A program made the position numbers and the translations under genes. The notes below the pieces were generated by a model. That model was not told the origin of the DNA. It made no database searches and was given only the letters and a program-made list of their open reading frames with translations. DNA of 64,000 bases, from IMG/VR virus record IMGVR_UViG_3300028280_000187; one strand, 5' to 3'. This DNA is from a virus. Its lineage: Duplodnaviria > Caudoviricetes. Positions 59,307-64,000 of the stretch are shown one piece after another. Numbering within the stretch: the first letter of the stretch is position 1; each line of letters begins with the position of its first letter.

Positions 59307-60288
59307 TATAAATCCTGGTATAGATTTTTCAGATGCAAATCGTTATGTTAACTTAGGTATTGATTGGTTTTGTTGTAGATATAGTGAGAATGATTACCTA
59401 GATTCCACTGAGGAGTTAAACCATAAACGATTTTCTGAAAAGTTAGGAACAAGTTGGAAATATCATATATCAAAAAGGCCATTACAATACATACATAATG
59501 AAATAGGGTTCAGAGAAAAACCATTAAATACATTTGATATTGCTAATTCATTTGCAATATTTGGGTGTTCGCATATATATGGTACAGGTAATTACTACAA
59601 TGATACAGTAAGTCAATTTCTTAAACAATATCTAGGTCATGACTGTTTAAACTTTGGTGTAGGTGGGGCATCAACTACTACTGTATATAATAATTTATTA
59701 AAGTTCTTAAGTGTGAATGACACATGTAAAGGTATCGCAGTTGTATGGCCAAATGTTAATAGACTTACTAGTATATGGAGATATGCCGGAGATGAAGTTC
59801 ATCAACGTTGGAGAAGACATGATGTGGTACCCGGAACTAATAAACTAAACTACTGGTACCTTGACAAAGAGTTTAAGAGAAAACCAGAAGACGTTCATCC
59901 ATCCATGCCCAGGTCTCATCATATAGATAATCCGCATAACATTTATTTGATTAATTCATATCGTCTTGCAATACAGATGATTTGCAAAGAACGTAATATA
60001 CCATTAGCTGAAATGTTTATAGATGATATCTTTGATAGTTATCCGTGGCCTAATTGCGATATCAACGTGCCTCGAAGAACAGAACAAAATTTAACACAAT
60101 GGTCTATGGGAGGCTATTGGCATGAAGTACCTGAAAGGGATAGATGGTGGTTTATAAACAATATGTATGCTAGAGATATATCAAGGATGGATACGAATGA
60201 AATACATAGGTTGTTAGCACATAGAGGGTGTGCAGTGAACCGAGGTATAGCAAAGTCGCTGAGTAATATATTTAATGAAGTGTCTTAG
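59296..60288 (+). CDS. SGNH-like hydrolase/acyltransferase
   Basis: YIHNEIGFR, GCSHIYGTG, NFGVGG, WP..NR, ARD...HRG..VN. Confidence 0.6.
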   Translation: MKGNINPGIDFSDANRYVNLGIDWFCCRYSENDYLDSTEELNHKRFSEKLGTSWKYHISKRPLQYIHNEIGFREKPLNTFDIANSFAIFGCSHIYGTGNYYNDTVSQFLKQYLGHDCLNFGVGGASTTTVYNNLLKFLSVNDTCKGIAVVWPNVNRLTSIWRYAGDEVHQRWRRHDVVPGTNKLNYWYLDKEFKRKPEDVHPSMPRSHHIDNPHNIYLINSYRLAIQMICKERNIPLAEMFIDDIFDSYPWPNCDINVPRRTEQNLTQWSMGGYWHEVPERDRWWFINNMYARDISRMDTNEIHRLLAHRGCAVNRGIAKSLSNIFNEVS

Positions 60289-60490
60289 GGTCTCGTTCTA
60301 TATACTTGTCAATGTAATCGTATTCGTCAAGTCCTTCTTCAATAAAACCTAACTCAACACAACGATAGAACCCAGGTGAAGCCCACCCAGGAAACCCAAA
60401 TACTTCTATTAACTGTATCAATTCATCAGAGGTCATTGCACCACTTAGTTCATCAACATCTAATAACTTATTATTGTAAAGAATTTTCAT
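60272..60490 (-). CDS. Hypothetical protein
   Basis: Acidic ORF; ATGA overlap with the upstream gene. Confidence 0.6.
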   Translation of the reverse strand: MKILYNNKLLDVDELSGAMTSDELIQLIEVFGFPGWASPGFYRCVELGFIEEGLDEYDYIDKYIERDPKTLH

Positions 60491-60912
60491 TGTACTATTG
60501 TACATCTACCACCTTGGATCATTTTCTTTCCAGTCATATCGATTGACTGTACTACTGAATATTCCAAAGTTTGTCTATTAACTGTGAATACCATGTATCC
60601 GTTTTGTATATCTACCCAGAAACTATATTCTGTTGGACTTGGTTGCACGTGTACTGGTATCCAATCTGTCCATTCGCCATTTGGTTTGCGTATCAATGGT
60701 CGTATAGATGCACGTTGTTGCACTGGTAACATGTAAACAGCTATTGCATAATCCATTGTTTCATCAAAGCCACACAACAGTTTAATTTCGGTTATGCTCT
60801 TTTTGTCTGGTAATTCTTCTGCACGTGCCATTGAGACAGTGCCACTTATAATCATAGCCCATACAGCCAGGACTAGGAGACCAGCAAATAAATTTCTAAT
60901 TATGTGTTTCAT
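60487..60912 (-). CDS. Hypothetical exported protein
   Basis: Signal peptide ending ARA; ORF track. Confidence 0.65.
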   Translation of the reverse strand: MKHIIRNLFAGLLVLAVWAMIISGTVSMARAEELPDKKSITEIKLLCGFDETMDYAIAVYMLPVQQRASIRPLIRKPNGEWTDWIPVHVQPSPTEYSFWVDIQNGYMVFTVNRQTLEYSVVQSIDMTGKKMIQGGRCTIVQ

Positions 60913-60924
60913 TCTAGTGCTTAT

Positions 60925-61086
60925 TTATTTTAGGAATAAAATTAATAGTCCTAATGCGACAATCCAGGGCGCATATCGCCAACCGAATTTAACGGAGCCG
61001 ACTATAACTGCTAGTACAACACCAACAGTTATCCCGGTAATGATTAAGGGTTGAAGTGTATCCCAAAAAACTTGAAGTGAATCCAT
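60925..61086 (-). CDS. 53-aa two-helix membrane protein (below ORF track cutoff)
   Basis: MDSLQVFWDTLQPLIITGITVGVVLAVIVGSVKFGWRYAPWIVALGLLILFLK; starts directly after the upstream stop. Confidence 0.65.
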   Translation of the reverse strand: MDSLQVFWDTLQPLIITGITVGVVLAVIVGSVKFGWRYAPWIVALGLLILFLK

Positions 61087-61284
61087 TTAGTGAATCCAAT
61101 CATACACGGCTTCGTGCAAGAACGAACCGTTCTCATTGATTACTTCTAACTGTTCTTCGGTAGCTTCAACGCCATCGATTTCAGCCTCTGAGATATATGC
61201 ATCACAGAATTTAGGAGCATCAGCATAATCGATGCCCTCTACACTCATTACATCTACCTTACTAAAGTCTATTTTTATTTTCAT
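61087..61284 (-). CDS. Conserved small phage hypothetical protein
   Basis: GID..DAPKFCDAYISEA motif; AAGGAGG SD. Confidence 0.75.
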   Translation of the reverse strand: MKIKIDFSKVDVMSVEGIDYADAPKFCDAYISEAEIDGVEATEEQLEVINENGSFLHEAVYDWIH

Positions 61285-61294
61285 ATGTGCCTCC

Positions 61295-61591
61295 TTAAGC
61301 TACTTTACGTGTTATCATTGATTTGTGCAATCGAGTACTACCTCGAAAGATTGGGTTATTACCAGCATTAGATACGTCTACTGTTGAACGATTGTTCTTG
61401 GTAATGACACCTTGCTTTAGTACCCCACCGTATTCCCATTCGATAGTATCACCAATCTTAAGTCCTGCGGCTTTTTGTTTACCTAGAAACGTTTGGTGTC
61501 TACGAAAATGGTCTGCTAGTACTGACAACTCACCACTAGATTGTATACGGCTCAGAGCCACGATTGCATTTTCTAATTCTTTACTCATCAT
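61295..61591 (-). CDS. Hypothetical protein with SH3/KOW-like C-terminus
   Basis: LKIGDTIEW...G.ITK.NR.TV.V; AGAGAGG SD and promoter. Confidence 0.7.
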   Translation of the reverse strand: MMSKELENAIVALSRIQSSGELSVLADHFRRHQTFLGKQKAAGLKIGDTIEWEYGGVLKQGVITKNNRSTVDVSNAGNNPIFRGSTRLHKSMITRKVA

Positions 61592-61624
61592 AGTATTAAC
61601 CTCTCTTTTATTAACTATACTTAC

Positions 61625-61652
61625 AGTATAACACTGATTCGATATTTGTCAA
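61625..61652 (-). promoter_or_regulatory. Early sigma70 promoter with GANTC in spacer
   Basis: TTGACA-AATATCGAATCAGTGT-TATACT. Confidence 0.85.
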
Positions 61653-61656
61653 GTTT

Positions 61657-61956
61657 TTACAACATATCCAATATAGGAGACTTCAACCAAGCACGTAAAC
61701 CCTTTTCATACTGTATTGAATCAGCAAACTTCTGTTTGTCAAATGGTTTGACAATCGTTTGTTCTAGGGCTTTCATCTTCTTGGCTTGTACTAGTGTTAC
61801 ACGTACACGTTTGTTATCATCAGTAAGCACTGACGTAAGCGGTTTAGGGTTCCCTTGCGAGTCTTCTATCTTAGAAAACTGTAGGAACATCTTCGCTTGT
61901 TTATACGACGGACCGTATTCATCTTCTTCTGTTCTGTTATAACTTTCTTTGCTCAT
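61657..61956 (-). CDS. Hypothetical protein
   Basis: 99 aa, AGAGAGG SD. Confidence 0.7.
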   Translation of the reverse strand: MSKESYNRTEEDEYGPSYKQAKMFLQFSKIEDSQGNPKPLTSVLTDDNKRVRVTLVQAKKMKALEQTIVKPFDKQKFADSIQYEKGLRAWLKSPILDML

Positions 61957-62066
61957 AATACTACCTCTCTGTTAGTTTGTTATTTGCGTGTCCTCCGAAA
62001 AAGGCGTCGCGGAAACTCTTTCTCTTTCGGAAAATTTTTCTCATATAGATAAACTACTCATATAAT

Positions 62067-62213
62067 CTATTGTTGTCTAGTCCTCCGAAGTTCACGTTTA
62101 ACCCGTTTCATTTCACGATACATGTGCCAACGGTATTGCAAGTATTCAGACCCTATAATAACGGCTGAGACAATGATTGACGCTATCCCAATGATAATCC
62201 AATCAGAATACAT
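62067..62213 (-). CDS. 48-aa membrane-anchored basic peptide (below ORF track cutoff)
   Basis: MYSDWIIIGIASIIVSAVIIGSEYLQYRWHMYREMKRVKRELRRTRQQ; TAATG overlap with the upstream stop. Confidence 0.6.
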   Translation of the reverse strand: MYSDWIIIGIASIIVSAVIIGSEYLQYRWHMYREMKRVKRELRRTRQQ

Positions 62214-62593
62214 TATGATACCGCCATCAATTCTATCTTACCACTTGCTGAGTTAGGTACTAGTTCCATGTGTACATTCTGCTCAACAGCCGCATCAAGG
62301 ATAATCTGTTCCATAATCGGTTCTACTATCTCTGTAATACGATCCCACTGACCTTCATAGTAATACCCGTGACGATATTCAGGTAATGGTAATTGATCCC
62401 GGCGTAAGCCTAACACACGTAACTGCCTACCCCTATTACCCAATCCGTTATTGAATATGTCATGTACTACATTCCCTGCTTTACGTAGTCGCTCTAAACA
62501 CTTATTCTTATTCACTGAATGTACAGAACCCTCTAGTGGAATACTTTCATCTAGTTTATATACTACTGATTCTAAATCTTTACATACCCACAT
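62213..62593 (-). CDS. Hypothetical protein
   Basis: 126 aa; LR.A.N..HD.FNNGL.N motif; GAAAGG SD and promoter. Confidence 0.7.
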   Translation of the reverse strand: MWVCKDLESVVYKLDESIPLEGSVHSVNKNKCLERLRKAGNVVHDIFNNGLGNRGRQLRVLGLRRDQLPLPEYRHGYYYEGQWDRITEIVEPIMEQIILDAAVEQNVHMELVPNSASGKIELMAVS

Positions 62594-62621
62594 GTTTAAA
62601 CCTTTCTTTGACTATAGATAT

Positions 62622-62649
62622 AATATATCACTGATTCTTTATTTGTCAA
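62622..62649 (-). promoter_or_regulatory. Early sigma70 promoter with GANTC in spacer
   Basis: TTGACA-AATAAAGAATCAGTGA-TATATT. Confidence 0.8.
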
Positions 62650-62653
62650 GTTT

Positions 62654-62983
62654 TTATTGATAGTATTTTGGATTATTATATATCTCATCAGCAATCATAT
62701 TATTCTCATGTAGAATAGCTAACTGAGTATGTGGATGAAACGCAACACACATAAATCCATCTTCTTCGTATAGCTTAATGTTCTCTTGATACTCATGTTC
62801 AGTTAAACAATCAGCATACTCTAAGTGAGTTAATCCTGGTTCTAATACTAGATAGTCATGCTTGAAGTTGACAAATTCGGTATCGGGTTCTAAATCATGC
62901 TTAGATAAAAAGTTCTCATACATAGTAGTAGCAAATGAGTTAGAGGCAGAACTTATATAGTTAGACATATTAGTAACAATCAT
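62654..62983 (-). CDS. Hypothetical acidic protein
   Basis: 109 aa, AAGGAG SD and promoter. Confidence 0.65.
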   Translation of the reverse strand: MIVTNMSNYISSASNSFATTMYENFLSKHDLEPDTEFVNFKHDYLVLEPGLTHLEYADCLTEHEYQENIKLYEEDGFMCVAFHPHTQLAILHENNMIADEIYNNPKYYQ

Positions 62984-63012
62984 AGGGGAGACTCCTTAAT
63001 TAAGATATACGT

Positions 63013-63041
63013 AGTATACACGATTATACACGGTTTGTCAA
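63013..63041 (-). promoter_or_regulatory. Early sigma70 promoter (degenerate GANTC)
   Basis: TTGACA-AACCGTGTATAATCGTG-TATACT. Confidence 0.75.
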
Positions 63042-63355
63042 GTTTTGGCACCCTATACATGACACGGTGGTAAAAATATTCTGCGTATTTTTTTGGAATG
63101 TGGATCCAATATAAAAAAGTGGTAAACACTGTATAGGGAAACCCTATATGGAAATAGAGGCAAAAAATGGTCTGCGACCAAACGCCACCTCCAGGCCAAA
63201 CACTTTCCTACTATATATACAAAAGTTCCGATTCGCAAGGCCTTTTATTTTATTTTTTATTTTTACCTGAATCTTTTTGTTTTTCTTTCCATGCACGGTA
63301 ACCATCAAGCCACGCTGTTTCCATAGTAGTAGGAGTCTTACTCTTAGACTTCTTA

Positions 63356-63700
63356 CTATGCTTGTGCTTTGCCGTTATGTTCTTTTTTCCATTCCCATTC
63401 ATCTGTACTCCATTCGTAATCATCATAGTCTACCCCATCCTCATAGTCTATGGGTATGCACTCTGCTATCTTATGAGTAGTATACAAGTCACCAGTATAG
63501 TCTGAGTTCCAGTCCTGTGCTGATACTTCTACTTCCTCTCCCTTATAGAACCCATCCTTATATACGACACGCTCTATGCCTCCACACTCCAGTACGGCTT
63601 CTTCTGCCTGCTCTGGAGAGTCCGCTACTACATCATACTCTACCCATGTAGTGTACGCTGTCTTAACCCTGAACTTCTGCTTACCTATATCTTTATGCAT
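63356..63700 (-). CDS. Hypothetical acidic protein
   Basis: 114 aa; V.ADS.EQAEE motif common in small phage proteins; overlaps the upstream stop. Confidence 0.7.
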   Translation of the reverse strand: MHKDIGKQKFRVKTAYTTWVEYDVVADSPEQAEEAVLECGGIERVVYKDGFYKGEEVEVSAQDWNSDYTGDLYTTHKIAECIPIDYEDGVDYDDYEWSTDEWEWKKEHNGKAQA

Positions 63701-63914
63701 TGTTATCCTTTATTACAGTTGCTTGATACTTCCCGTTAACAGTATATAATATCTTATACCTATCATAGTATGTCTTAGGGTCCCATGCTATGTTCTGTAG
63801 CTTCTGTTCCCACATAGCACGATAGTTCGGGTCTATGTTGTCTGGTAAACGATGTATAAACTGTTTTAGTTTATTAGCACGTTCCCATTGAGTATTGAAA
63901 TCAAATGGACCCAA
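63693..63914 (-). CDS. Hypothetical protein
   Basis: TTG start after AGGAGG SD. Confidence 0.65.
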   Translation of the reverse strand: MGPFDFNTQWERANKLKQFIHRLPDNIDPNYRAMWEQKLQNIAWDPKTYYDRYKILYTVNGKYQATVIKDNNA

Positions 63915-64000
63915 TTAGTCCTCCTGTGATAGCAACACTGAACGTAGCATTAATACAATGCCAGACACAGTGAATATACCAAACCCTAGCCAGTTATTTG
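63915..64000 (-). CDS. 3' end of a small membrane protein (partial)
   Basis: ...NNWLGFGIFTVSGIVLMLRSVLLSQED-stop. Confidence 0.45.
   Translation of the reverse strand, partial: NNWLGFGIFTVSGIVLMLRSVLLSQED

Noticed and set aside
61961-62044. TCCGAAA/TTTCGGA hairpin and 27-codon basic ORF (MRKIFRKRKSFRDAFFGG...)
   Set aside because: Cannot distinguish a micro-gene from an RNA structure or chance; no SD and no tRNA cloverleaf
12301-63050. Recurring gattcg...tttgtcaagtttt sequence as a CRISPR repeat or mobile-element end
   Set aside because: Copies are dispersed, imperfect and always just upstream of minus-strand genes with -35/-10 spacing, so they are promoters
1-64000. Stop-codon recoding as seen in some jumbo phages
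   Set aside because: Long intact ORFs and dense coding under code 11; TAA, TAG and TGA all end genes at sensible junctions

Overview
AT-rich 64 kb segment of a large T4-related (jumbo) myovirus in the standard genetic code. No tRNA, rRNA, CRISPR array or mobile element was seen. Order: (1) minus-strand gp55 late sigma factor, gp47, an inserted SDR oxidoreductase and the start of gp46; (2) a ~27 kb plus-strand baseplate and tail-distal module (gp53, hub, gp5, gp25, gp6, a 2946-aa wedge protein, two fibre-like paralogs), interrupted by a minus-strand island (clpP, a conserved hypothetical, a YodL-like gene); (3) a ~26 kb glycan-tailoring cluster with three GT-A glycosyltransferases, seven radical SAM enzymes of two subfamilies, two sulfotransferase-like proteins, a GT-like/methyltransferase fusion, an SGNH-like protein and an NDP-branched/amino-sugar pathway; (4) small, mostly minus-strand genes (speD, Pth2, FG-GAP protein, hypotheticals). 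Two highlights. First, the glycan cluster sits directly behind the tail genes and is partly behind late-promoter motifs, suggesting virion decoration. Second, a repeated sigma70 promoter carries a YGATTCK (GANTC, GcrA-type) site in its spacer, and CtrA-type TTAA-N7-TTAAC boxes lie in two intergenic regions, suggesting the phage plugs into the alphaproteobacterial CcrM/GcrA/CtrA/ClpXP cell-cycle circuit. All functional calls come from motif recognition by eye; no searches were run.
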